From assembly GCA_964388445.1 (NCBI GenBank), contig CAYMAI010000001.1, positions 336,215 to 400,214 on the forward strand: a stretch of DNA of 64,000 bases, in the 5' to 3' direction. The stretch comes from an uncultured Planctomycetia bacterium (lineage in GTDB: Bacteria > 4484-113 > JAGGVC01). The position numbers were made by a program, and so were the translations under genes. The notes under the pieces are model-generated. The model had not been told where the DNA came from. It did no database searches and saw only the letters and a list, made by a program, of their open reading frames with translations. Positions 1 to 9,879 of the stretch are shown here, in pieces; within the stretch, counting starts at the first letter, position 1, and each line of letters begins with the position of its first letter.

Positions 1-732
1 CAAAACGGATGTAAGAAAATATGCGAGCGGGTTCGGCGCGCCGAAAACGAGGGAACGGCTTCCAACCGTATTTCTTATCCGAATGACTAAGTCGCGGAAT
101 GCGTAAGATTCCGGTCCGGCCGCGTCGATTATTATGGAATCATTCGATTCGACGGCATCGGCAATTAGCTCCGCGAAATCTTCCACGAAAACTGGCTTGA
201 TTCCATATTTGCCGTTGCCGGGATAGACAAATAGTGGAAACTTTCGCAGAAAATATGCGATGTTGTTTATCAATATATCCTCATCGCCGAATAGCACCGC
301 GGGGCGCAAAATCGCGTATGACATTCGGCTCGATTGGATATGAGATTCCACTTCGGCCTTGCCGCGATAGTAAGGCGACGGACTGTCGAGAGATGGGTTA
401 AGTATGCTGACATGAACTATGCGCGGCACTCCGGCGTCAGCAGCGGCGTCGATCAGTTTAATGCTGTTGGCCACGGCCTTTTCGTGGGTCGCGCCGCGGT
501 GCCGATACCTTATCCAATATGTATTGACCAGCGCACTACATCCTTGCATGGCGTCTTTCAGCGAAGTTTTGTCGTCGAAATTCAGCGGGTGCGTATCCGC
601 AATGTATGAAGGCGCATCGTGCGGTTTTGGCCTTGAGGTCAAGGTTGCGAATTCGTAGCCCCGCTTTGCCAGCTCTTTTGCCGCGTATTTGCCACTGAAT
701 CCGTACGCGCCTGTTATCGCAATTCTCGGCAT
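1..732 (-). CDS. NAD(P)-binding Rossmann-fold protein (NmrA/SDR-like), partial; 3' end beyond window edge
   Basis: Own minus-strand translation from ATG at 732 (MPRIAITGAYGFSGKYAAKEL...) stays open to position 1; glycine-rich dinucleotide-binding N-terminus. Absent from ORF track because truncated. Confidence 0.5.
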   Translation of the reverse strand, partial: MPRIAITGAYGFSGKYAAKELAKRGYEFATLTSRPKPHDAPSYIADTHPLNFDDKTSLKDAMQGCSALVNTYWIRYRHRGATHEKAVANSIKLIDAAADAGVPRIVHVSILNPSLDSPSPYYRGKAEVESHIQSSRMSYAILRPAVLFGDEDILINNIAYFLRKFPLFVYPGNGKYGIKPVFVEDFAELIADAVESNDSIIIDAAGPESYAFRDLVIRIRNTVGSRSLVFGAPNPLAYFLTSVL

Positions 733-744
733 ATCCCCTTCCAA

Positions 745-1053
745 TCAGTCCGAGTCTTCCGCCGAGCCGCCGTTCATTCCTTTGATGACCCATTTGCCGT
801 CGGGCGTTTTTTCGACGTACTTTCCGACGCGCTTCTTGGCTTCCTTAAGGTAGCCGTCGCATTTTTTGATGAGAGCGACGCCTTCCTCGAAAAGCCGCAC
901 CATTTCGCCCAGTTTCACGTCTTCGCGCTCGAGTTCGCCGACGATTTCGCGCAGTCGCTCGAACGTTTCTTCGAAGTCCGCGAGCGAGTCCTCACCGCTG
1001 TCAGAAAGTTCTCCGCCTTCGAAAAGCTCCTTGTCTTCCGTCATTTCAATCAC
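745..1053 (-). CDS. xseB: Exodeoxyribonuclease VII small subunit
   Basis: 102 aa acidic helical protein with XseB-like core (FEETFERLREIVGELE...LFEEGVALIKKC); start overlaps xseA stop by 4 nt (GTGA); alternative ATG at 1044. Confidence 0.8.
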   Translation of the reverse strand: MIEMTEDKELFEGGELSDSGEDSLADFEETFERLREIVGELEREDVKLGEMVRLFEEGVALIKKCDGYLKEAKKRVGKYVEKTPDGKWVIKGMNGGSAEDSD

Positions 1054-2426
1054 CTTTCCTTTTCGTCATTTTCGTTAGCCATGCCGGTCGCGTCGGGTTC
1101 GCCCGCCGTTGCGAAAAATGCGCCGCGATGGGCGCGCACGCGTATTTCGTCGCCGGGTTTAACTTCGTTAGCAACGGTAATCGGCTCCGACTTCCCGCGC
1201 CGCGTGACGACGCTGAATCCGCGTTTGAGCTGTTTTTCAAGGTCGCCCGCGTAAATCGCGGAGCGGAATCCGGACAAACCCGATTCGAGCGAGCCGAGTT
1301 TTCCGTCTGCGCCGCGCGCGAGCGCAAGCGACGTCGCCGAGAGGTCGGATTCGCGCCGTGCCGCCGAAATAATTATCGCGGCAATCGTGCGGTGGTCCAG
1401 CGCGCGAGCCGTTTCCGCCCGCAGGCTTTCGATTCGCGCCGGAAGCCCGGTAGCCGCGCCCGCGGCGTCGTCCAAAGTTCTTTCCGCGTCTTCGATGCGT
1501 GCCGAAATAGCGCGCACGGCGCGCAAATCCGCGAGCCGCGCGAAGTCCGATTCGATAGTCCTGATTCGCCTATCGGCAAGCTCGAGTGCTTGTTGCGAAA
1601 GCCGCCCGTACTCGGCCAGAACTATCGGCCAATTGGCGGTGGCGATTTCCATCGCGGCGGTCGGGGTCGGCGCGCGAAGGTCGCTTGCGAAATCGCATAT
1701 CGTAAAGTCGATTTCGTGGCCGACGCCGCTAATCACGGGGATCGTGCAGTTCGCCACGGCGCGCGCGAGCGATTCGTCGTTGAAACACCAAAGGTCTTCG
1801 ATGCTTCCGCCGCCGCGGGCGACGATTACGAGATCGAACTGCCGCGGGTCGCTTTGCGCGGCTTCGAGCGCGGCGATGATTTTCGGCGGCGCCGAGTCGC
1901 CCTGCATAATCGTTGAAAACAGCTTCAGCTCCACGTGCGGCGCGTTTTTGTCGTGAATGTTCAGCATGTCCTGAAGCGCCGCGGTGGTCGGGCTCGTAAC
2001 GATCGCAATGCGGTGAGGAAGTTTCGGAACGGGGATTTTTCGCTCTTCGTCGAACAGCCCTTCCGCCTTGAGCCGGGCCTTGATTTTCTCGAACTCCGCG
2101 GCGAGCGCGCCGACGCCTTTCGGGACGACTTCGCTTACGGAAAGCTGATATTCGCCGCGAGGCATATAAACGGTTATCTTTCCGGTCGCGACCACTTGGT
2201 CGCCGTCGTTAAACGGCAGTTTTTTGCGCCCGTGACCGAACCAGACGCACTTTACCAGCGCGTCCTTTTCCTTGAGGTTGAAATACACGTGGCCGAGGCT
2301 CGATACCGTAGGCTGAGACACTTCGCCGGCGACCGAGACGTGCATGAATAGAGGTTCCGATTCGAGCGCGGCTTTTATGAGCTTCGTAAGCTCGAGCACG
2401 GTAATCGTTTTTCTCGCGGACGACAC
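1050..2426 (-). CDS. xseA: Exodeoxyribonuclease VII large subunit
   Basis: 458 aa ORF with XseA-like N-terminal OB-fold region and catalytic core (IAIVTSPTTAALQDML, VIVARGGGSIEDLWCFNDE, ISGVGHEIDFTICDF); coupled to xseB. Confidence 0.9.
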   Translation of the reverse strand: MSSARKTITVLELTKLIKAALESEPLFMHVSVAGEVSQPTVSSLGHVYFNLKEKDALVKCVWFGHGRKKLPFNDGDQVVATGKITVYMPRGEYQLSVSEVVPKGVGALAAEFEKIKARLKAEGLFDEERKIPVPKLPHRIAIVTSPTTAALQDMLNIHDKNAPHVELKLFSTIMQGDSAPPKIIAALEAAQSDPRQFDLVIVARGGGSIEDLWCFNDESLARAVANCTIPVISGVGHEIDFTICDFASDLRAPTPTAAMEIATANWPIVLAEYGRLSQQALELADRRIRTIESDFARLADLRAVRAISARIEDAERTLDDAAGAATGLPARIESLRAETARALDHRTIAAIIISAARRESDLSATSLALARGADGKLGSLESGLSGFRSAIYAGDLEKQLKRGFSVVTRRGKSEPITVANEVKPGDEIRVRAHRGAFFATAGEPDATGMANENDEKER

Positions 2427-2460
2427 GCTCCGATTTTACACGACGGCGGGTTCGCACGGA

Positions 2461-4566
2461 CTATTTGGCCGGCTTTGGATTATCGGCAGCGGATGGAAAC
2501 AGAAAAACGGCGGAAAGAAGCATGCCCGCGATTAAAAACCATACGGCTACTTTATCCTCGAATTTCTCTTCGAACTTGAATTCGAGTGCGTGCCCTCCGG
2601 GAGGAATCAAAACCGCTTGAAACGCGCCGTTCGCTTCGATAATTCGAACCCGATTTCCGTCGAGATACGCTTTCCATCCGGGATAGTTTGTCGCCGTTCT
2701 TACGAACAATGCGGATTTATCGGTGTTAATCGAATATTCCTGCAGCCGCGCGGTTGCCGACACAAGTCTCGCTTCCGAAACTTCGCCTCGCGATTCGATT
2801 GCGACGTTTTCGGTAACCAGCGCAATCTGGTCGAGAAACAGCGGATAGTGCGATTCGATATGTCCGAAAATGTCAGGTTCGGATTCGAATTTGCGGACGC
2901 TGTGTATGAGGTAGTATCCCCGAAGCGGCTCCGTAGCGCCGGGGAGTTCGGACGACGGAAGCGCATTCAGCCAGGCGGCTGTTTCGGCGGCGCGCGACTC
3001 CGCCATCGGGCCGTCTCCGCTTGCGAGCGCGGCGGAGTAAAAATCGCGAAAATTTTCGAGAACCAGTTCGCCGGCCCATCCCACGCTTCCGAGCCCCGCG
3101 ATTGACGGATAGCACGGTTTCGAAAACTCGGCGTCGTGATAATTTTCCGGCGCTTCGCCGGTATGGAATATTCGCTTTGCGCCGTCTTCGGCATTCATTT
3201 GTTTGAAAATTTCGGGCACCGGCAGGGCGGATTCCTTCGGCGACGTAAGGTTGAACGCGCGGTGAAACGAAAGCAGCGGGAGGAAGCACAATAGGAAGAG
3301 GGCGGAGGAGGCGATGCGGCGGGCGCGCGCCGAAATCGCGTTAAAAACCGCGCCGTCGAGCGAAATCGCGGCGAGCGCGCAGAGCATGAGAATGGCCGGA
3401 ATTATGAAGCGCGCGGGAATTCGAGTAGCGCTCATCCCAGGCACGAGCCAAAAAATCGCGTATATCCCGGCGTACTTGCCGAGCGCCAGAACGAGCGCCA
3501 CCGCGGCCGCGGAATATGCCGCGAGCGCGGCCTTGTACGCATGCGCGATCGGCAGGGCGAACTTCGATGTCTTGCGCGAAAGAATGCCGATGAAACCGGC
3601 GAGCGCGAAAACGGCCGGGATTACTCCGACGAGCGATACGTATTCGACGAATCCTTGCGGGCCGCGATAATCGGGCGATTGCCATGCGTTCGCCGGCCCG
3701 AACGCGAAAGGATAAAGCAAAGTGGCGAGCATCGTGGGCGGATAGCTGTAGGATAGGAAATCCGCGAACGTAAAATCCGAGCGGTTGCTCATGCCCAGAA
3801 GTTGAAGCGTCGAAAGCACTTGCGGAAGCGCGATAAACGCGCCGAGGAAAAAGCCCGCAGCCGGCGCGGCGATGAACGGCAATACTTTCGGCCTGTTTTC
3901 GCGCCGCTCGACCGCCAGTTTCGCGGCCAGGAGCAAGATTAGCGCGATGAATGAGATGGCTGTCATTTGCGGATGTCCGGCGAGAATCATCGACGCGGAG
4001 ACGATTGAAACGAGAGCGATTTTTTTGAGCAAGCCGGCGTTAGAAGTTCCGCGCAAATGCGCCGCGCGAGCGGCGTCCAGCCCCGCGGCAATAAGCCATG
4101 GCATAAGCGATGCGACCGCGACGAGATTGAAATGGCCGAGGTGGGCAATAAGCGGCCCGCTCGCCATGAACACGGTTGACATTATCGCCGCCCCCGAATG
4201 GCTTGCGGAAAGCCGCCGGAAAAGGAAGTATGCGCCAGCGCCCGCGAGAATCGTGTGCAAAAGACAGAAAAGCGAAATCGCCGTCCAAACGTCGAACAGC
4301 GAATGGAGGAAAAGGTTCGGCGGATAAAGCATCCCCGTCTGGCCTTCGGCGAACAGCGGAAATCCGCACGCCTGATCGGGATACCAAAGCGCGAGCCTGC
4401 CCTCCTTGAGTTCGGAGGCATAAAAGTTTCGCCACGGGTAATTTTGATAGACGATGTCGCCGCTGGGCGCGTAAACTTCGCCGAAGAACAGCACCGGAGA
4501 ATGCAGGACAATCGCCGCCGCGATTATCGCCGCAAGCGCGGCAAAAGCGCCTTTGAATTCCGTCAT
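2461..4566 (-). CDS. Large polytopic membrane protein, YfhO-like (candidate membrane glycosyltransferase family)
   Basis: 701 aa ORF, many hydrophobic segments, conserved-looking N-terminal loop (YQNYPWRNFYASELKEGRLALWYPDQACGFP). Family call from memory only. Confidence 0.5.
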   Translation of the reverse strand: MTEFKGAFAALAAIIAAAIVLHSPVLFFGEVYAPSGDIVYQNYPWRNFYASELKEGRLALWYPDQACGFPLFAEGQTGMLYPPNLFLHSLFDVWTAISLFCLLHTILAGAGAYFLFRRLSASHSGAAIMSTVFMASGPLIAHLGHFNLVAVASLMPWLIAAGLDAARAAHLRGTSNAGLLKKIALVSIVSASMILAGHPQMTAISFIALILLLAAKLAVERRENRPKVLPFIAAPAAGFFLGAFIALPQVLSTLQLLGMSNRSDFTFADFLSYSYPPTMLATLLYPFAFGPANAWQSPDYRGPQGFVEYVSLVGVIPAVFALAGFIGILSRKTSKFALPIAHAYKAALAAYSAAAVALVLALGKYAGIYAIFWLVPGMSATRIPARFIIPAILMLCALAAISLDGAVFNAISARARRIASSALFLLCFLPLLSFHRAFNLTSPKESALPVPEIFKQMNAEDGAKRIFHTGEAPENYHDAEFSKPCYPSIAGLGSVGWAGELVLENFRDFYSAALASGDGPMAESRAAETAAWLNALPSSELPGATEPLRGYYLIHSVRKFESEPDIFGHIESHYPLFLDQIALVTENVAIESRGEVSEARLVSATARLQEYSINTDKSALFVRTATNYPGWKAYLDGNRVRIIEANGAFQAVLIPPGGHALEFKFEEKFEDKVAVWFLIAGMLLSAVFLFPSAADNPKPAK

Positions 4567-4707
4567 CGCCGGATTTTATCATCCGCGCCCGCGGCGCCCG
4601 CAACCTTACCCTGCGGGCGGAGTCGATAATGACGGAGGGCGAGTCCGGTTCGATTGCGCCGGAAAATGGATAGAATATAGTTGTCGCGTCGTTCGCGGCG
4701 AAAAATT

Positions 4708-5550
4708 ATGGCGGCTGTAAAGTTTAACTGGGACATTGTTTGGAATATCGCTCTCATCGCGCTTTGGATTTGGCAGGCGCGATGGACGTGGCTCGACGCG
4801 CACGCGAAATACGGACGGGGGCCGTTTTTCGGGCTGTTGGCGCTTTTTCTGCCGGGTGCGGGGATATTGTTCTACTTTTTGTACCGCGAAAGCGCGCTGA
4901 TGGAAATCGACATGCTCGACGCCGAAACGGCGCTCGAAGTTTCGGACACGGTGCAGGTCAGCCGCACCGCCGGGGACAGGGCGAGTTCGAGAGACGTCAG
5001 AAATATGGCGAGAAATACCGGTCGTTTCATTAGCCGGCGCGACCGTCGCGACGCGAAGGAACTGCGCGAAAAAGCCGCCGCCGTGGAAAACGAAAATCCG
5101 CTTCTCGCGAAAGAGCTCAGGGAAAAGGCGGATCTTCTCGACCCGCCGCGCCCGCCGCGAAAGCCGTTTCGGCGCAGGTGGAAGGAGTTTTGGATTATTC
5201 AGCGCGACAAATGGGAAATCCGGCGGAAGAGGATGCGGGAGCGAAGGGAATATCTGAAGCGGCCGAAAAAACTGCGCAAGTACGACGAATTCATGGAGCG
5301 GCTTCAAAAGACGCCGGTCGTCGACCCTACGATGGAAGGGCTGATTTTCGAAGGGCAATACGAAGTTGCGCGCGAGCGTGCGATAATAAACCTGCAAATC
5401 GCGGAAGAAGCGGGCGACGAGCGCAAAATCATCACCTATCGGCGATACCTCGACCAAATCGAAAAAATCACGCATATGTATTTCCCCGAGCGCGCCGAAG
5501 AAGACGAGACGCTGGAAAAATACGATATGTCCGGCGGCGGAGAGGAGTAA
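4708..5550 (+). CDS. PLDc_N-domain membrane protein with charged coiled C-terminal region
   Basis: N-terminus matches PLD-nuclease N-terminal membrane motif (WIWQARWTWLDAHAKYGRGPFFGLLALFLPGAGILFYFLY) followed by K/E/R-rich repeats; first ATG at 4708 (track ORF begins with TTG at 4681). Long antisense ORF 4606..5676 judged spurious. Confidence 0.5.
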   Translation: MAAVKFNWDIVWNIALIALWIWQARWTWLDAHAKYGRGPFFGLLALFLPGAGILFYFLYRESALMEIDMLDAETALEVSDTVQVSRTAGDRASSRDVRNMARNTGRFISRRDRRDAKELREKAAAVENENPLLAKELREKADLLDPPRPPRKPFRRRWKEFWIIQRDKWEIRRKRMRERREYLKRPKKLRKYDEFMERLQKTPVVDPTMEGLIFEGQYEVARERAIINLQIAEEAGDERKIITYRRYLDQIEKITHMYFPERAEEDETLEKYDMSGGGEE

Positions 5551-5746
5551 ATTTTCGACATATGACGCGCGCGAACGGCGAGCGAGAGGACAGCGCGCGG
5601 CTAGCTGTTTCCTTTGCTTTGTCGAACCTTTCTGTAATGAAATGTAGAAAAAAAGCGAAAGGATGGCGAACGACAAAAAGGCCGCAAAAAGCTGATAACC
5701 CGGCCGAATTTAGGGTATGATATTTTGTCCTACTCCGAGGTGCGCT

Positions 5747-5989
5747 ATGCCGAAACTTAAAATCGCCGTGACAATAGACGAGGCGCTGTTGTGCGAACTC
5801 GACAAGCTCGTGGCGGATGAGGTTTTTCCTAGCCGCAGCAGCGCGATTGAAAGCGCGGTGAAACTTGCGCAAAAAGCCATGCGCCGCAAGAGGCTTCTTC
5901 GCGAGCTCGACAAGATTTCGCCGGAAGAAGAAATTGCCCTTGCCGAGGAATTCGAGACTGCGGATATTGAAACATGGCCGGAATACTAA
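5747..5989 (+). CDS. Ribbon-helix-helix (CopG-like) antitoxin
   Basis: Short protein MPKLKIAVTIDEALLCELDKLVADEVFPSRSSAIESAV, typical RHH N-terminus; overlaps the downstream MazF/PemK toxin by 16 nt. Confidence 0.7.
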   Translation: MPKLKIAVTIDEALLCELDKLVADEVFPSRSSAIESAVKLAQKAMRRKRLLRELDKISPEEEIALAEEFETADIETWPEY

Positions 5990-6309
5990 GGGGCGGAATA
6001 TATTGGTGCGAGCTGGAGCCGGGAGTAGGTCACGAGCAGAGCGGGAAAAGGCCGGTGTTGGTAATAAGCCACGCGCAAGTAAACGATAAGCTTCGTACCG
6101 CAATCGTAATCCCTTTGACGAGTTCGAGCCAGCGAGCCGGTTTTCCGCTGACCATGGAACTCGGCGATAAAAAACTGTCCAAAAAGTCTTGGCTGAAAAT
6201 TTCGCAAGTCAGAACGGTCTCGATTGCAAGATTGTCCAAGCTAATTACAAAAGTGAACGACCAAGTGCTAGTTAAGGCAATTTCGGGTTTAACGGAGCTT
6301 ATATCATAG
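5974..6309 (+). CDS. MazF/PemK-family mRNA interferase toxin
   Basis: 111 aa; GGIYWCELEPGVGHEQSGKRPVLVIS...AIVIPLTSS matches the PemK/Kid/MazF N-terminal signature; paired with upstream RHH gene. Confidence 0.85.
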   Translation: MAGILRGGIYWCELEPGVGHEQSGKRPVLVISHAQVNDKLRTAIVIPLTSSSQRAGFPLTMELGDKKLSKKSWLKISQVRTVSIARLSKLITKVNDQVLVKAISGLTELIS

Positions 6310-6523
6310 GCGGCTGCCGCATATTCGCGCCCTCGTGAGTTTTTCGCTTGAAATCGGACACATACCGGGATATTCTATTCAGGGCTTAGAACGGCCACCG
6401 GGATTTCCTTCGAGGGAGGAGCGAGATGAGAATTGCGGGAATTTTACTGGCGGCAATTTTGCTGCTTTCGCTGTCCGCCTACGCGTCTTCCTGCGGGAAG
6501 GCAGGCGGTGCTACACTTTCCGA

Positions 6524-7756
6524 ATGCCCATTGCGGCGGCGATACTTGTTTTGACCTACGTTCTGATTGCGCTTCAGCGCTTTCTGCGCACGCGGCTCAA
6601 AATGCCCTCCGGCGCGCTTCTCGGCGCGGCGTTGATGGCGGTGTTCGGCGGAATTCCTGCGGATAAAACGCTGTCGCACATACCCGCGGACATTCTGCTT
6701 TTCCTGACGGGGATGCTCGTTATCGCCGTGTATTTGCAGGCGGGGAACGCGGTTTCGTTTTTCGCCGGGAGCGCTCTGCGCCTCGCGAATTCGCCGGTCA
6801 AACTTTTGATTTTTTTCACGCTGACCGGCGCGATTGTTTCCGCATTGGCGCTTAACCTGACTGCGGCGATTCTCCTCGCACCGCTCGCGCTATCGATTTG
6901 CCGCAAGGTGGGCGAAAAACCGGCGCCATATTTAATAGCGCTGATACTGGGCATAAACCTCGGCAGCGCCGCGACGGCGATGGGCAGCCCGCAGACGATG
7001 TTCATCGTGTCGCTTTCCGGCATGGGATTTTGGGAATATTCCTCGAAAATGATGGTCGTTTCGGCCGTGGGGACCGCCGCGGCAATCGCATGGCTGCTCG
7101 CAATTTACGGCAGGCAAATGCGCGGCAGAAGCTTCGCGGGGGAAAAGGACGCGTCGGTAAGTCATGGCCTCGGTTTTACCGGCGCGACGAGCGTCATAGT
7201 CTCTGCGGGCGTGATAATCGCGCTTTTCCTCGGCGCGCCGCTGCCGGTGGCGGCGATGGCCGGCGCCGCGGTTCTAGTAGCGATAAATCCGCAACCGCCG
7301 AAGGACGTGCTGTCCATCGTCAACTGGCCGCTGATTATCTTCATCGGCTCTTTGTTTGTCATCGTCGGCGCGGCGGCCGATGCGGGAATCGCCGGGTGGC
7401 TTGGCGAAAGCGTACTGCCGTTTCTCGCTGCCGAGGCCAAGGCGGGAATGGCGCTGTTCGTGGCGGCTTTGACTGCGCTCACCGCGCTGTTTTCGGGGGT
7501 ACCTGCGGCGGCGCTCGTTTCGCCCGCGCTTGAAGGACTGGATGCGCCAAAGGCCGTCTGGTTCGCTATCGCTGTCGCTACGACGTTCGCGGGGAACGTT
7601 ACGCTGTACGGCTCGCTGTCGAACCTGTCCGTTATCGAACAAACCGCGGCTCACGACGAAGCACGCATAGGCGCGCTGGAATTTTTGCGGGCCGGGCTTC
7701 CCGTAACGTTGATTACGCTCGCAATCGGGCTTGCGATGCTTACTTTAGGCGGATAA
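6524..7756 (+). CDS. Polytopic anion/ion permease (ArsB/NhaD-superfamily-like)
   Basis: About 410 aa, Gly/Ala-rich with 10+ hydrophobic helices; start placed at first ATG giving a TM-first N-terminus (MPIAAAILVLTYVLIAL). Family call tentative. Confidence 0.55.
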   Translation: MPIAAAILVLTYVLIALQRFLRTRLKMPSGALLGAALMAVFGGIPADKTLSHIPADILLFLTGMLVIAVYLQAGNAVSFFAGSALRLANSPVKLLIFFTLTGAIVSALALNLTAAILLAPLALSICRKVGEKPAPYLIALILGINLGSAATAMGSPQTMFIVSLSGMGFWEYSSKMMVVSAVGTAAAIAWLLAIYGRQMRGRSFAGEKDASVSHGLGFTGATSVIVSAGVIIALFLGAPLPVAAMAGAAVLVAINPQPPKDVLSIVNWPLIIFIGSLFVIVGAAADAGIAGWLGESVLPFLAAEAKAGMALFVAALTALTALFSGVPAAALVSPALEGLDAPKAVWFAIAVATTFAGNVTLYGSLSNLSVIEQTAAHDEARIGALEFLRAGLPVTLITLAIGLAMLTLGG

Positions 7757-7771
7757 GAGCGGCGGTCCGGC

Positions 7772-8578
7772 TTACGTGCCCACCGGACGGCCGTCCGCGT
7801 CGAGAAGAGTTACATACTCGAAATCGAAAGCGGATGTTCGCGACGGCTCGCGGTCCGCGCTCGCTGCCTTTTTCTCTTCGAAAATCACGCGGGCTAGAAC
7901 CCCCGTGCCGCTGATTCCGCCTTGACCGCGCTTGCGGGTAATCGAAACCGCTACGACGCCTATCGGAGTTTTGTCCTTTTCGCCGATGAATAGGACGTCA
8001 TTCCCCAAGAAGTCGCCCTTTTCGACGGCTACGCAAGTGTATTTCGACTGCTGAAAATTGATGCGAAACGCCGCTTGAAACAGATTCGTCACGCCGCTTG
8101 CGCTTACGCTGACTACTTTGCGGCCTTGGGAGTCGGTCGTTACGCTCATCGTGGCGGCGGAATTGCCGATGACGATTCGCTTTTGGGCGCTTCTGTCGCC
8201 GATTGCCGCAGATAACGTGAACTCGCCGGGCGACGCTGGCGTGACCCAAAATATTTTGTTTTGCTTCGTTGTCAGGCTGGCCGCGCCCCCTGTTTGAGAA
8301 ATGCCGCGAAGCACCATAGTAAAGTCCGGCTGGGCTTCGTAAAGCGTGCCGCCGCTGGCGGTGTAGAGCTTCAATCTGTCGGATACCGGCGTGCCGGTCG
8401 CGGACGCGTCTATGGTCACTTCGACGAGCGCGGTCGTTCCGGGCGTCGCCGGATTAACGATTAGGTCGCGCACGTTCACGGCGTCGCCGGGCGAGCCGCC
8501 GTCTTTGCCGCCGCCGTTATTGCAGCCGGCAAGTGCGAGCAATAGCGAGAAAACGAGGATTACAACCGATTTAATCAT
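7772..8578 (-). CDS. Secreted lipoprotein, hypothetical (possible cohesin/Ig-like beta domain)
   Basis: Signal peptide plus lipobox (LLLALAGC) followed by Thr/Ser/Gly-rich beta-strand-like sequence. Confidence 0.5.
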   Translation of the reverse strand: MIKSVVILVFSLLLALAGCNNGGGKDGGSPGDAVNVRDLIVNPATPGTTALVEVTIDASATGTPVSDRLKLYTASGGTLYEAQPDFTMVLRGISQTGGAASLTTKQNKIFWVTPASPGEFTLSAAIGDRSAQKRIVIGNSAATMSVTTDSQGRKVVSVSASGVTNLFQAAFRINFQQSKYTCVAVEKGDFLGNDVLFIGEKDKTPIGVVAVSITRKRGQGGISGTGVLARVIFEEKKAASADREPSRTSAFDFEYVTLLDADGRPVGT

Positions 8579-8664
8579 GGCGCATGATTTTACCCCAAAT
8601 TCGCCGAATAAGGCACGCGCGCGAAGCCCGCTTCGTTGACTTTATGCGGGCGCGACTTTAAACT

Positions 8665-9879
8665 ATGCCCGTGCTTCAGGCTTGGCGAAGGTTTAACTAT
8701 GCGTTCTGGTCAACCGCATCCGACCTTGTGGACATCGCGAGGCGCGAAGGTCTGCACCGGTTCGCGCTGATAATAGCCGCGATTCTCGTTTTCTCCGCGC
8801 TGGGCGTTTTTCTTTTCGAATACGGAGCGAAGCCTGGCAGCTTCGGAAATATTTGGGACGCGCTATGGTGGTCGATCGTTACGGCCATGACCGTGGGATA
8901 CGGCGACATGTATCCGGTGACCGCGGGGGGCAGGGCGGTGGCGCTGTTCGAAATTCTGGCGTTCGGGCTTTTTGTAATGCCGCTGTTCGTCGCCACAATC
9001 ACGTCGGTTTACGTCTCTCGGCGCATCAAGGAGGGCAAAGGCTTGGAAGAAGTCAAATTCATCGACCATTTGATTATCTGCGGTTACAATCTGAACTGCG
9101 CCAATATTCTGGAAGGCTTGAGGAAGCTCGGCGATTCCGAGCCGGTGCCGGTAATTCTTGTTGCCGACCTGCCCGAAGACGATTCCTCGGAATTGCTTTA
9201 TCGATATTCCGACTTGAATCTCAAGTACGTTCACGGCGATTTCACATCCGAAAGCGTCCTTAAGCGCGCGAACGCACAGCACGCCAAGTATGCCATCGTG
9301 CTTGCGGAGTACGAGACGGAACAACTTCATAAAAGCGACGAACGGGCGATTCTGGCTACGCTAACGATTAAAAGCCTAAACAAAAGAATCACCGTGTCGG
9401 CGGAAATTTTGGACCCCGCCAACAAAGGGCATATGAAACGCGCCAACGCCGACGAAATAGTCGTGGTCGGCGAAGATTCCGGATTTCTGTTGACCGCGGG
9501 AGTTCTTGCGCCGGGCCTTCCCGAAGTCGTGCGGGAACTGACAAGCTGGGTGTTCGGAAGCGAGCTTTGGCATCGGAAGATACCGCGGGAATTCGAGGGC
9601 AAAACATTTTCGGAACTAATGAATCATTTCCTTCAAACCGACGGCTCGCTTTTAATCGGCCTAATCAGTTTCGAAAAGCCGATTTCGCTCGACGACATTT
9701 TGGGCGAGGACTTTTCGAGCATTGACCATTTCATCAAAATGCAATTCGAAAGGTCGGGCAAGAAAGATCTTGACGGCGGCGAAGACAACGTCGACGTGCA
9801 TATCAATCCCGGAGCGGACTACGCGGTGGGCGAAAACGACGTCGCGGTCGTCATCAACCCGCCGGGAGGGAAAAAATGA
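8665..9879 (+). CDS. 2TM potassium channel with RCK/TrkA-N-type cytoplasmic domain
   Basis: K+ selectivity filter TVGYGD (TAMTVGYGDMYPVT) between two TM helices, then Rossmann-like RCK segment (LIICGYNLNCANILEGL). Confidence 0.8.
   Translation: MPVLQAWRRFNYAFWSTASDLVDIARREGLHRFALIIAAILVFSALGVFLFEYGAKPGSFGNIWDALWWSIVTAMTVGYGDMYPVTAGGRAVALFEILAFGLFVMPLFVATITSVYVSRRIKEGKGLEEVKFIDHLIICGYNLNCANILEGLRKLGDSEPVPVILVADLPEDDSSELLYRYSDLNLKYVHGDFTSESVLKRANAQHAKYAIVLAEYETEQLHKSDERAILATLTIKSLNKRITVSAEILDPANKGHMKRANADEIVVVGEDSGFLLTAGVLAPGLPEVVRELTSWVFGSELWHRKIPREFEGKTFSELMNHFLQTDGSLLIGLISFEKPISLDDILGEDFSSIDHFIKMQFERSGKKDLDGGEDNVDVHINPGADYAVGENDVAVVINPPGGKK

Noticed and set aside
1128-1916. Long ORFs antisense to recognisable genes (for example 1128..1916, 4606..5676, 19388..20329, 27394..28188, 35377..36141, 43608..44222, 59800..61344, 63146..63931)
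   Set aside because: Arg/Ala/Gly-rich translations typical of wrong-frame reading in high-GC DNA; each overlaps a gene with clear family motifs on the other strand.
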